Below are positions 17,669-25,667 of a stretch of 32,565 nucleotides of DNA, in pieces; position 1 is the stretch's first letter, and each line of letters opens with the position of its first letter. The notes below the pieces were generated by a model, which saw only the letters and a list, made by a program, of their open reading frames with translations, had not been told where the DNA came from and made no database searches. Source of the stretch: a virus (taxonomy: Duplodnaviria; Caudoviricetes); the IMG/VR virus record IMGVR_UViG_3300037519_000052, positions 1-32,565 of that record. The stretch is one strand, 5' to 3'. The position numbers and the translations under genes are program-made.

Positions 17669-18096
17669 AATTCTAATATTAAATTCTCGTTTGGTAATGG
17701 AGCGACTACGTTAAACCACTCTTTTAAAAATTCTCTAATTTGTAAATGATATTCTTCTTGCTGCGTTGTTGTATTTTCAGTTGTGGATTTTGGTAGTTTA
17801 ATTACTTGCCCCGTTTCCTCGTTTACTTTTTCAATTACGTTAAATTGTATTTTATAAAAATCATGTACTTTCTCGATATTCCAAACCTCGCCCCATTCAT
17901 TTTTAATAGCATTTTGTGTAATTGGATAAAGTACACTCCAAAGATAACTATTTTGTGGGTTGCTCCTTTTCTTCTTTGGTTTATCAAAAGTAATTATAAT
18001 ATCCTTACCCTCAAAACTTTCTATTGCATTTTTTATTAAAGTTCGGTTTTGATTTAGATTTCCATTCTGAACAAATGATTTAATTTGTATTTTCAT
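17665..18096 (-). CDS. NinB/Orf-like recombination protein
   Basis: KRSNPQNSYLW, VH..YK, KST motifs; adjacent to ninG. Confidence 0.65.
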   Translation of the reverse strand: MKIQIKSFVQNGNLNQNRTLIKNAIESFEGKDIIITFDKPKKKRSNPQNSYLWSVLYPITQNAIKNEWGEVWNIEKVHDFYKIQFNVIEKVNEETGQVIKLPKSTTENTTTQQEEYHLQIREFLKEWFNVVAPLPNENLILEL

Positions 18097-18659
18097 TATA
18101 ATAATAATTTAAAAATATTTTTATTTAAATCTATTTTCCAAAGATTAATATCAGCACTTGCTTTAAAACCAACATGATTTATTTTTCCTTTTTCCCAAGT
18201 ACCATAATTTTCAAACCCTAAATTTTTCCAAAACATATTACTATCTAAATCAGTTCTGCATCTTAATGTAAATCCAACCCTAGCAAATGTTTCGCAAAAA
18301 TCTCTACAAACCTCTATAAGTGCTTTTCCATAATATAATCTTCTTGCATCATTTCTAACGGCTATTTGTTGAATTTTAGCATATTTATAACTCCCTCTTG
18401 CTGGAGTTATTAAAACATATCCTACTGCTTCATTATTAGCTTCACAAATTAAAACTATAAAATTTCTTTTACCTCCCCATACATAATCCTCCCAAATAGT
18501 TTTTTGAATAAAACCAACTGCATAAGAATTTTCCTTTTGCAATTTATCTACTAATAACATATCTTTTATTGTTGAAGTTCTAACAGATATATTTGCTAAA
18601 TTATCATTATAAAGAATATTTATTAAACCTGTGCTACAATCAAATTTTCCTAATTTCAT
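18096..18659 (-). CDS. GNAT-family acetyltransferase
   Basis: Motif A IQQIAVRNDARRLYYGKALI; motif B LRCRTDLDSNMFWKNLGF. Confidence 0.85.
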   Translation of the reverse strand: MKLGKFDCSTGLINILYNDNLANISVRTSTIKDMLLVDKLQKENSYAVGFIQKTIWEDYVWGGKRNFIVLICEANNEAVGYVLITPARGSYKYAKIQQIAVRNDARRLYYGKALIEVCRDFCETFARVGFTLRCRTDLDSNMFWKNLGFENYGTWEKGKINHVGFKASADINLWKIDLNKNIFKLLL

Positions 18660-18922
18660 AACAAATTAAATTTTCTCCAATCGTTTGTATTCCATTGTCT
18701 AACCGATTTGTTCCAAAGTTCGTGTTTCATATCCTTGCGTAAGGTATCTAAAATTTCGTTTATATTTAAAGTTCGTTTTATTGGTTCCGATTTTATTTCT
18801 TTTGCTTTTACAATTATACCTTTGCTTTCTAAATATTTTATTTTTCTGTATGCTGAAAGTTTCTCTTTATTTTTATAATAATTATTTAAAGAAATTCTAG
18901 CAAGTTCCTCTTTTGTTTTCAT
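18656..18922 (-). CDS. Basic hypothetical protein
   Basis: Likely start MKTKEE with ATGA overlap; YYKNKEKL motif. Confidence 0.55.
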   Translation of the reverse strand: MKTKEELARISLNNYYKNKEKLSAYRKIKYLESKGIIVKAKEIKSEPIKRTLNINEILDTLRKDMKHELWNKSVRQWNTNDWRKFNLL

Positions 18923-19776
18923 AATTCTAACCAATTTTCTGATTTTATTTCTGGTAAATCTTCTCTAGGTAACCAATCATTACCAACTTTAAAAGATATG
19001 TCTTTAAATGCAATATTACGGCTATACTCGCATTTTGCGATAGTTAGTTCTTCTTCTGAAGAAACGAAAACAACCGTTTCAGCTTTCTTTAAAACGCTAC
19101 TTCCAACATGGCCAACTGGTTTTGATGTTCCGAAATTCTTATGTAATATTCCTGTGCAGTGCATCATACCTTTTGCAGTCCATTGAAGTAGTTTTTCTGT
19201 TAGTCCTGTCGCTTGTTCTAAGCTATTAAAATCGGTAACTAAATCTACATACCCATCAATTGACATTAAGCCTATTTTATCCTTGTATTCGCTTTCAAAT
19301 ACTACCCAATCAATAAAATCAAAACGTTCCTTTGGTGCATATTGTCGCAGCGAAAATGTTTTGTATTTATCTGAAGCGCTACCATACATTTCTAAAACTC
19401 TCCTTTGTACTCTTTGCGTGTGAAAAGTACTTTGTTCCGTATCAAATGAAATTACAAATTTATCGTTTTGATTGTGTCCTTGAATTGATGGAGAGTATTT
19501 ATTTGAATTACCCCCTAAGTAACTCGCTTCTATCATGGATTTAAAAAAAGTCTTTTTTGATTTTGACGCTCCAACTATGCAGGAAAAATCTCCATAACTT
19601 CCAAAAGGTGTAGGGTAATTAGTTCCTTTATATTCTGAAAATCCAATTGATAAAGCGATAGGCTGAGGTTTAATTTCTTCACTCGAATCAATTAAAGCCT
19701 CTTTAAAAATTGCTTTAAAATCAACTCCAACTATTAACTCGGGTTGTTGATCAATTATTTCAATTTGTTTAAACAT
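18919..19776 (-). CDS. P-loop ATPase (RecA/SF4-helicase-like, AAA_25 type)
   Basis: Degenerate Walker A GASKSKKT, SFDTEQ, Walker B MSIDG, ILHKN...GHVGS; in replication module; start MFKQIE inferred. Confidence 0.75.
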   Translation of the reverse strand: MFKQIEIIDQQPELIVGVDFKAIFKEALIDSSEEIKPQPIALSIGFSEYKGTNYPTPFGSYGDFSCIVGASKSKKTFFKSMIEASYLGGNSNKYSPSIQGHNQNDKFVISFDTEQSTFHTQRVQRRVLEMYGSASDKYKTFSLRQYAPKERFDFIDWVVFESEYKDKIGLMSIDGYVDLVTDFNSLEQATGLTEKLLQWTAKGMMHCTGILHKNFGTSKPVGHVGSSVLKKAETVVFVSSEEELTIAKCEYSRNIAFKDISFKVGNDWLPREDLPEIKSENWLEL

Positions 19777-20254
19777 TTTTAAATTCGTTAAGTGCAAAGG
19801 TTATCATTGCGTTTAAATTGGTTTCAGTTTCTGCGTAATCCCAAGTCTGGCAAACATCGTTAAATTCGATTGGATTAATTGTGGCGGCTAAATTAGAATT
19901 TAATTTTATATTTTCGCTTGAGTAAGGCTCTTTAAATCCTTTATTATTAAAATAATCTTTTATTTCAACTACATTTACATCCATTCTTGCGTGTTCATAT
20001 AGCGTTATCAATTTCATTTTTAAAATTCTGTTCACATTCTTTTGTGCCAAATCTAAATTAGAAGTTAAACGCAATTGCATGATAAAATTAGAAACATAAA
20101 GTTTAGCAAATAACTCGTTTTCGTGTACTTCTTGTTTTGTCGTTTGATTTATAAAGCTAATAACCTCGTTTAGAGCATTTACGTCGCTTGTATTTGGTTT
20201 ATTTTGGTTTTTAATAGTATAGCTTAATCTATTAATACTTTGTGCAATTGTCAT
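19769..20254 (-). CDS. Hypothetical protein (replication module)
   Basis: 161 aa helical ORF, coupled to neighbours. Confidence 0.6.
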   Translation of the reverse strand: MTIAQSINRLSYTIKNQNKPNTSDVNALNEVISFINQTTKQEVHENELFAKLYVSNFIMQLRLTSNLDLAQKNVNRILKMKLITLYEHARMDVNVVEIKDYFNNKGFKEPYSSENIKLNSNLAATINPIEFNDVCQTWDYAETETNLNAMITFALNEFKNV

Positions 20255-20514
20255 AGTTTATCAATTTTAGGGTCTATATGGCATCTTATCCAGTAACAAA
20301 CAACTTGAGTTGTTAATTTATAATTAACTCCAAATTTTCCAAGTGAACCAAGTTTAACCGCTTCGATTACTTGTTCAATACTTCTTTTTTGAAATTCATT
20401 TTTAATATCATTAAACATTTTATCAACGTTTTCAATATTACAATCTAATCTTTCGGCTGCTATTAAAAGCATTGTTTTTAATTTAAAGGTCGGGGAATTG
20501 TTTTCTAAGTTCAT
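20251..20514 (-). CDS. Hypothetical protein (replication module)
   Basis: 87 aa ORF overlapping the initiator 3' end. Confidence 0.6.
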   Translation of the reverse strand: MNLENNSPTFKLKTMLLIAAERLDCNIENVDKMFNDIKNEFQKRSIEQVIEAVKLGSLGKFGVNYKLTTQVVCYWIRCHIDPKIDKL

Positions 20515-21112
20515 CTATATTATATTTTTTTATGTTATTATTTTTAGTTTGTTGATTTAGCCATCTTACAAAATGGGTTGTAAATTCTTTTTTTTGTTGT
20601 TTAATATCTAATTTTAAATTCAAATCATTTTTAAATATTAATAGTTTTTCTTTTATTTCTTCAATATTAAATTTTGGTTGGTTTTGCATTGCGCAAGTTT
20701 CTAACCAAGTTTCAGAATTTATTAATTCTTTATAATAAATATCATTAACATTATCATTTACATTAACATTAACATTATCAGTTGGATTTGTTAAAGATTG
20801 TTCAACACTTTCAACACTTGTTGAATTTGTTAAATTTAATTCATCACTTTTTAATGCTCTTAATTCTGCTGAACGCTTTCCAGCATCACTTCTTTTTGAT
20901 TTAACTTCTTCGAATTTAATTAAATCACGCTTTAATTGTAATTCAATAGGTTTCCAAGCTGTTAAAATTAGCCTATCTTCTAAAATTGGATTATTATCAT
21001 TTACATATTCAAGCAAATGATTAAATAAAATTCCTTTTTCTTCATTTGTAAAATGTTCAATACTTTTAATTAAGTCTGAATACAATACAAAAGATTTTTT
21101 GTTTTCTGCCAT
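20483..21112 (-). CDS. Replication initiator/replisome organizer-like protein (DUF6291-type N-terminus)
   Basis: KKSFVLYSD...EEKG.LF..L.EY; RS.AGKRS; DNVNVNVNDNVND linker; C-terminal HF.RW. Confidence 0.7.
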   Translation of the reverse strand: MAENKKSFVLYSDLIKSIEHFTNEEKGILFNHLLEYVNDNNPILEDRLILTAWKPIELQLKRDLIKFEEVKSKRSDAGKRSAELRALKSDELNLTNSTSVESVEQSLTNPTDNVNVNVNDNVNDIYYKELINSETWLETCAMQNQPKFNIEEIKEKLLIFKNDLNLKLDIKQQKKEFTTHFVRWLNQQTKNNNIKKYNIDELRKQFPDL

Positions 21113-21206
21113 TTTTTTAAAAAGTTAATGCCTTACTACAAGCGGTGGACGTCGCAAGTAATAAGGCATTTATAATATTTTTTTAGTAGCGTCCACTCTA
21201 CAGATG
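21113..21206 (-). ncRNA. Structured 5' leader with kissing loops, copy A (before initiator gene)
   Basis: P1 GTAG-[AGTGGACG]-CTAC; P2 AATGCCTTATTAC..GCG-[ACGTCCAC]-CGC..GTAGTAAGGCATT; loops pair GTGGACG/CGTCCAC. Confidence 0.75.
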
Positions 21207-21236
21207 CAAATATAATACTTTTTATTTAATATCAAA
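21207..21236 (-). promoter_or_regulatory. Bacteroidota primary-sigma promoter
   Basis: TTTG-N18-TATATTTG, directly after a terminator. Confidence 0.75.
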
Positions 21237-21243
21237 CATAAAT

Positions 21244-21275
21244 AAAAAAAAACTTCCTAAATTAATAGGAAGTTT
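21244..21275 (-). terminator. Rho-independent terminator after SSB-like gene
   Basis: AAACTTCCTA-TTAATT-TAGGAAGTTT with continuing T run. Confidence 0.8.
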
Positions 21276-21285
21276 AATTGTAATA

Positions 21286-21579
21286 CTAGAACGGTAAGTC
21301 CGATTCGCTTACTACATCGCCCGGAGCAACTTCTTCAATTACTGGGGTGCTTTCCTTAAGGTTTCCAAAATAAAACTTGTCCTCTTTAGTTGCACCTTTA
21401 AAGCTGCTTTGAAAACTCGCAATGTTTCCGAACTTATCTAGTTCATCGTTTACCCAAACTTTTACGTTTAAGTAAATTTTTCCGTTTTCGTTTTTAGTAA
21501 ATGCTTTGTTTCCAGCTTTGGCTTGTTCCATCAATTTAGAGAAATCAATTGATCCGTAGTAACTTGTTTTTTCTGACAT
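21286..21579 (-). CDS. Putative single-stranded DNA-binding protein
   Basis: 97 aa beta-rich, GKIYLNV.VW, acidic tail ending SDLPF; near ERF gene. Confidence 0.65.
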   Translation of the reverse strand: MSEKTSYYGSIDFSKLMEQAKAGNKAFTKNENGKIYLNVKVWVNDELDKFGNIASFQSSFKGATKEDKFYFGNLKESTPVIEEVAPGDVVSESDLPF

Positions 21580-21586
21580 AATTTAA

Positions 21587-21988
21587 TTATTTAAGTATTA
21601 TTGGTAAATTTGCTTCTGTTGGTACGTATACCGTTTTATCTGATTTATATTTATACATTCCCTCAATCATTTGGAATTTTAAATATTCTGGATTGCTTTT
21701 TAAAGAGTTGCCCACAACTTCAATTGCTTTTGATTTTGCGTTAGCTTCTATTAATTTAGCTTTTGCCAATGCTTCTGCTTCAATTATTCTTGTGTCAGCT
21801 TCTAATTTTGCGCTTTCAAAATCCGCCTTAGCTTGTTCAACTTTAGCTTTTTTAGAAAATTCAGCTTTAAATAAAATAGATTTACCAGCAGTAACCGCAT
21901 CTTTTTCTGTTTGTTCTCTGTCAAAATCATAACAAGAAGTTAAACCTAATGCTACAAATAAACCTAGTGTAATCGTTAATTTTTTCAT
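21587..21988 (-). CDS. Lipoprotein with prohibitin/HflC-like coiled-coil C-terminus
   Basis: Signal peptide with lipobox LTSC; AEA-rich coil; NPEYLKF and VYVPTEANLPI. Confidence 0.7.
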   Translation of the reverse strand: MKKLTITLGLFVALGLTSCYDFDREQTEKDAVTAGKSILFKAEFSKKAKVEQAKADFESAKLEADTRIIEAEALAKAKLIEANAKSKAIEVVGNSLKSNPEYLKFQMIEGMYKYKSDKTVYVPTEANLPIILK

Positions 21989-21992
21989 AATT

Positions 21993-22091
21993 TTAAAATT
22001 TGTTGTTAAATAAATATTTGATAATTTTTGCCGATATTATGTAAAAAATTATTAGAATCGGCACTGCTAATAAAAAGATTGCTATTTTCAT
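21993..22091 (-). CDS. Small single-TM protein (32 aa)
   Basis: Hand-translated MKIAIFLLAVPILIIFYIISAKIIKYLFNNKF; fills the gap almost exactly. Confidence 0.55.
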   Translation of the reverse strand: MKIAIFLLAVPILIIFYIISAKIIKYLFNNKF

Positions 22092-22093
22092 AT

Positions 22094-22588
22094 TTAAAGG
22101 GTTAAAAATTCTGATTCTTGTTGTTTAGTAGTTGTGTATTTTGATTTAATCTGTTCCAATGAAAAACCGCCATCTTTGGCTTTCTTTAATATTTCAGTAG
22201 TTGCATTTGGTTTAGGTTGCATTGCTTTTTGTCCATCGTCATCGTCTGCGCCAACGCAAACAAATGATTGTAAACTATAACGACGTGCGTAGCTAATACC
22301 AGAACCTTGAGCCTGTGCGTCATTTATTTTATTATAAATGATTTCAGTAAGTGATTCCATTAATTCGCCTGATTCGTGCAGTAAAATAGTTTTTACAAAG
22401 TTTTTATTGTCTACGTGTACAATTGGTTGTAATACGCTTATTCCGTTGGAGTTTAATATTGGAATAACCGCCTCACGTATTGAGTTTAAATCTGCGTATT
22501 TTGATTTAAAGAAGGGATTTGTAGCACCTTTTTTTGGGTTGCTCATTTCGGACTGTGCTTTAAGTAAAGCTGTTGCAATTTGTTTCAT
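22094..22588 (-). CDS. erf: ERF-family ssDNA annealing protein
   Basis: NPFFKSKYADL, HESGE, QAQGSGISYARRYSL, DDDG. Confidence 0.92.
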   Translation of the reverse strand: MKQIATALLKAQSEMSNPKKGATNPFFKSKYADLNSIREAVIPILNSNGISVLQPIVHVDNKNFVKTILLHESGELMESLTEIIYNKINDAQAQGSGISYARRYSLQSFVCVGADDDDGQKAMQPKPNATTEILKKAKDGGFSLEQIKSKYTTTKQQESEFLTL

Positions 22589-22631
22589 AAGATAAGATAT
22601 TTATTTGTTTAAGATTTGTAAAGATATTGAT

Positions 22632-23069
22632 TTAAAATGAAATAGCCAAACTTGACTTTCTCGGAGTTGTTGAAACTCTTGGCACTTGATTCCCATAAGC
22701 GTCGAACGTGTCCTGTTTTAAAGCCATTTTAAGGACTTCTGCACGTTCATCTAAACAACGTTTAAGTTCGGTATAGATTTCATCATCTGAATAGTTTATA
22801 GTGTCTCCACCGCTTCTAAATGTTCCCTTTAATCCGTACGCTTCGAAGTTTTCTTGTGGGATGACTTTTAAAAGTTCGGTGTTAATTACATCGAGTGCTT
22901 CAATCATTCTTTTAGCCTGTGCCAATAACTCGAATTTGTCGGTTTCTCCAGCTTCTAAAATTTCAGTAATAAACTTTTTACTACTTGACTGAATTTCTTT
23001 TTTTGTAGGTACGAAATTTGATGTTTGAACTTCCTGTTCACGCATCATTAAAAATAGGTCTTTAGACAT
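22632..23069 (-). CDS. Hypothetical protein (recombination module)
   Basis: 145 aa ORF upstream of erf. Confidence 0.65.
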   Translation of the reverse strand: MSKDLFLMMREQEVQTSNFVPTKKEIQSSSKKFITEILEAGETDKFELLAQAKRMIEALDVINTELLKVIPQENFEAYGLKGTFRSGGDTINYSDDEIYTELKRCLDERAEVLKMALKQDTFDAYGNQVPRVSTTPRKSSLAISF

Positions 23070-23220
23070 TTTCAGTAGTTGTTAAAGCGTTATGTTTTTC
23101 GTACCAATAAAAACTCGTTTTTTCCTTTTCAGAAATTGTTGCGTCTTTCGCTATTAATTGGCTTTCTAGTTGCTCAATTAACAACATTTTTTCTTGTAAA
23201 ATTTTTAATAATGTTTCCAT
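23062..23220 (-). CDS. Small coiled-coil protein (52 aa)
   Basis: Hand-translated METLLKILQEKMLLIEQLESQLIAKDATISEKEK...; first ORF after leader copy B. Confidence 0.6.
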   Translation of the reverse strand: METLLKILQEKMLLIEQLESQLIAKDATISEKEKTSFYWYEKHNALTTTENV

Positions 23221-23325
23221 AATAATTTTTTTTAAAAAATATCCCGACTAAAATCTAGTAGGTCAGTACTAGCATAGTCGGGAATAAATAATGTTTTTTT
23301 AAATACCCTGACCGATATTGTTCTG
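23221..23325 (-). ncRNA. Structured 5' leader with kissing loops, copy B (before recombination operon)
   Basis: P1 AATATC-[GGTCAG]-GGTATT; P2 TCCCGACTA..CTAGTA-[CTGACC]-TACTAG..TAGTCGGGA then TATTTTTT; loops exactly complementary. Confidence 0.78.
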
Positions 23326-23336
23326 CAAATATAATA
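23318..23336 (-). repeat. 19-bp direct repeat containing TATATTTG promoter element (copy 1)
   Basis: Plus strand TTGTTCTGCAAATATAATA, identical to 25622-25640. Confidence 0.85.
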
Positions 23337-23340
23337 AAAA

Positions 23341-24135
23341 TTATATATTTAATCCACACATTTCTAAACAATTTTCACATTTACCTAAAAAGGCTTTTTT
23401 ATTAAATTTGCTTACTAATGCTTTTGTTTTCATAAAAGCCATTTTTTTAACTTTTATAATTTCTTTTACTACAAATTCATTTTTTGAACTTGGTCTAAAT
23501 ACTGTATCAATTATATTTTCATTTTTTAATAATTCATTTTGCATTAAACTCATTTCTAAACCTATTGAATTTTTTATATTAAAATCACAAGTAATAACTC
23601 TTAAAATTGATTTGCAATAAGGTTTTAAACGATTATATTCTTTTAATGAATTATCTATTAACTTTTTATTATCTAAAGCTGAAATAGATGTATTTATACA
23701 AATATTATATTTAGATATTTCTTTTAATTGTAAATCTGTTAAGGTTTTCCAATGTCTTGTTATAATTACAATTTGTTTTTTAGATGAAATATCAAATAAA
23801 GATAATTGACTATTTTCTTTAATTTGTTTTATAATATTTAGTGTATGTTCCCAATTTTCCGAAGGATCTCCAGTACATCCAATTCTTATAAAATCCATAT
23901 CAATTTTCTCAATTTGTTTTACTATTTGTAATCGATGTGCTTCGTTTAAAAAACTTCTTTCAATTGACTTACTAAAATCTATTCCATAACGTTTAGCGGT
24001 TTTTAAAGAATAACAATCATTATAACACCCTTTAGGGTTTTCTAATAATCCACTTTCACAACCTTTAATAGTATCTAAATCCCAAATACCCCTACCATTT
24101 TTAGATAGGGATATTATTTTTTTATAGGTTTTCAT
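23341..24135 (-). CDS. Radical-SAM-like Fe-S protein (SplB-like), non-canonical Cys spacing
   Basis: C26-x10-C37-x3-C41-Y, RIGCTGDP, IITR, NTSISALD, C-terminal CxxCxxxC; internal QLSLF. Confidence 0.65.
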   Translation of the reverse strand: MKTYKKIISLSKNGRGIWDLDTIKGCESGLLENPKGCYNDCYSLKTAKRYGIDFSKSIERSFLNEAHRLQIVKQIEKIDMDFIRIGCTGDPSENWEHTLNIIKQIKENSQLSLFDISSKKQIVIITRHWKTLTDLQLKEISKYNICINTSISALDNKKLIDNSLKEYNRLKPYCKSILRVITCDFNIKNSIGLEMSLMQNELLKNENIIDTVFRPSSKNEFVVKEIIKVKKMAFMKTKALVSKFNKKAFLGKCENCLEMCGLNI

Positions 24136-25526
24136 TATAAACGCCCTATATTTGGATAAAGATCTTTTATTTTTGATGTATCACCTTTATAAAAAACATA
24201 AATACGTTGTTCACATTTTGGATATTTACGAGAGTTTAATGTTTTTTTAGCTGTTGCACGTCTTGTAAATTCACTTTCTAAATAAATAATTTTATTATAA
24301 ACATGTAATCCTTGTTCTTTAAAAAACAATTCATGTTCTGCATCAGAACAATAATAACCGCCATCTTTATTTCTACTGTCTCCAGTCATTACAACAAAAA
24401 AAGTATTATCATTCATTACTGAAATAGCATTTTTGTAACCCTCAAAAAGCATGTCTCTAAATTGCTCATAAGTAGATAATGAATTTAGTTCACCTTCAGG
24501 ACTTTTACCATCATAATCTAAATAAGTTTCTACTTTATAATAAGGTGGACATGAAAAAATTAAATCATAATTTTGTTTAGGCACAAATTTTGAAGTATCA
24601 GATTTTAACCATTTTACATTAACAAAGTCTTGACAAAGTGCATTATTAGCATCACATTGATTTTGTCTAATTTCACTTGAAAGGTATTCAAAATTACAAC
24701 CCCCAGCAACAAAACCCATTTGAACACCACCGCCAAAAGGATTATAAATTCTACACCCATTTGTAGGCATAAACATTCTAGCTATAATTTCACAAGCAGT
24801 AGGATCAAGAACCGATGCGTTTCCGTTTAAATCTTTTGTTTTATCTGTTATAATTTCACCATCTACTACAGTTTGTTTAGATAAAACAACATTTGACATT
24901 CCAGCCTTACCTTGCCAACAACCTTCACGACTTGCGAATTTAGGATTAGGTATATTATATTTTAAACCAGCTTCCTCTAATTGAGCATTCCAAGCTCTTT
25001 TAACTTTTAACCATTCACCAGAAGTAGAGTTCCATAAATTAGTCATTGCCATATGGCATAATCTTTTAACTCTTACTTGTTCTTCTTTTCCATAATAAAT
25101 ATAAGTAAAATCATTTTTAGCTAAATTAATTTTAAACCCTAAGGCTAAAAATACTTTTGGATTTTCTAATTTATGTTTATTAGAAACTGTCATAACCATA
25201 TGATAATCATTTATATTTTGATCAATAATTTTTTGCACCATCATAGAATAAATTTCTTTATCCTCTTTCCCGGGATACATAGCTGATTGAAGTAAACAAA
25301 ATTCTTTTACGTTATGATTTACTTCATATGTAAAAAATCCACTAAACTCATCATTAATTTTTAAAATTATAGCTGAATGTTTTTGCATGTTTGCTCTTGC
25401 AGCACGATAAGCAATTTTATCAATTAATGCTAATTCTGCTACTTTTGTTTCATAACCTGATCCGATAACGCTATCCACTTGGATAAGTTCAATTTTTTCT
25501 TCAAATAAACTTTGTTGTTTTTTCAT
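24135..25526 (-). CDS. DNA amino-methyltransferase with N-terminal GNAT-like domain
   Basis: Motif I YNPFGGG, EIRQNQ, motif IV DLIFSCPPYY; N-terminal ~150 aa with GNAT-like pattern (FSGFFTY, LLQSAM, FLALGF); starts MKKQQSLF. Confidence 0.8.
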   Translation of the reverse strand: MKKQQSLFEEKIELIQVDSVIGSGYETKVAELALIDKIAYRAARANMQKHSAIILKINDEFSGFFTYEVNHNVKEFCLLQSAMYPGKEDKEIYSMMVQKIIDQNINDYHMVMTVSNKHKLENPKVFLALGFKINLAKNDFTYIYYGKEEQVRVKRLCHMAMTNLWNSTSGEWLKVKRAWNAQLEEAGLKYNIPNPKFASREGCWQGKAGMSNVVLSKQTVVDGEIITDKTKDLNGNASVLDPTACEIIARMFMPTNGCRIYNPFGGGVQMGFVAGGCNFEYLSSEIRQNQCDANNALCQDFVNVKWLKSDTSKFVPKQNYDLIFSCPPYYKVETYLDYDGKSPEGELNSLSTYEQFRDMLFEGYKNAISVMNDNTFFVVMTGDSRNKDGGYYCSDAEHELFFKEQGLHVYNKIIYLESEFTRRATAKKTLNSRKYPKCEQRIYVFYKGDTSKIKDLYPNIGRL

Positions 25527-25629
25527 AATATTTTTTTAAATAAATACCCGAACTAAAAGAGGTAAGGCACTCTTAAAATTCGGGATTTGTTTTTTTTCGT
25601 TCGACCGCCTTACTTGTCGTTTTGTTCTG
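25527..25629 (-). ncRNA. Structured 5' leader with kissing loops, copy C (before methyltransferase)
   Basis: P1 CGAC-[AAGTAAGGCG]-GTCG; P2 CCCGAAT..AAGAG-[TGCCTTAC]-CTCTT..GTTCGGG; loops pair GTAAGGC/GCCTTAC. Confidence 0.75.
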
Positions 25630-25640
25630 CAAATATAATA
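25622..25640 (-). repeat. 19-bp direct repeat containing TATATTTG promoter element (copy 2)
   Basis: Identical to 23318-23336; its core TGCAAATATAATA also occurs at 21205. Confidence 0.85.
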
Positions 25641-25667
25641 CTTTTTTTTAATTAAATGCGTTTTTAT

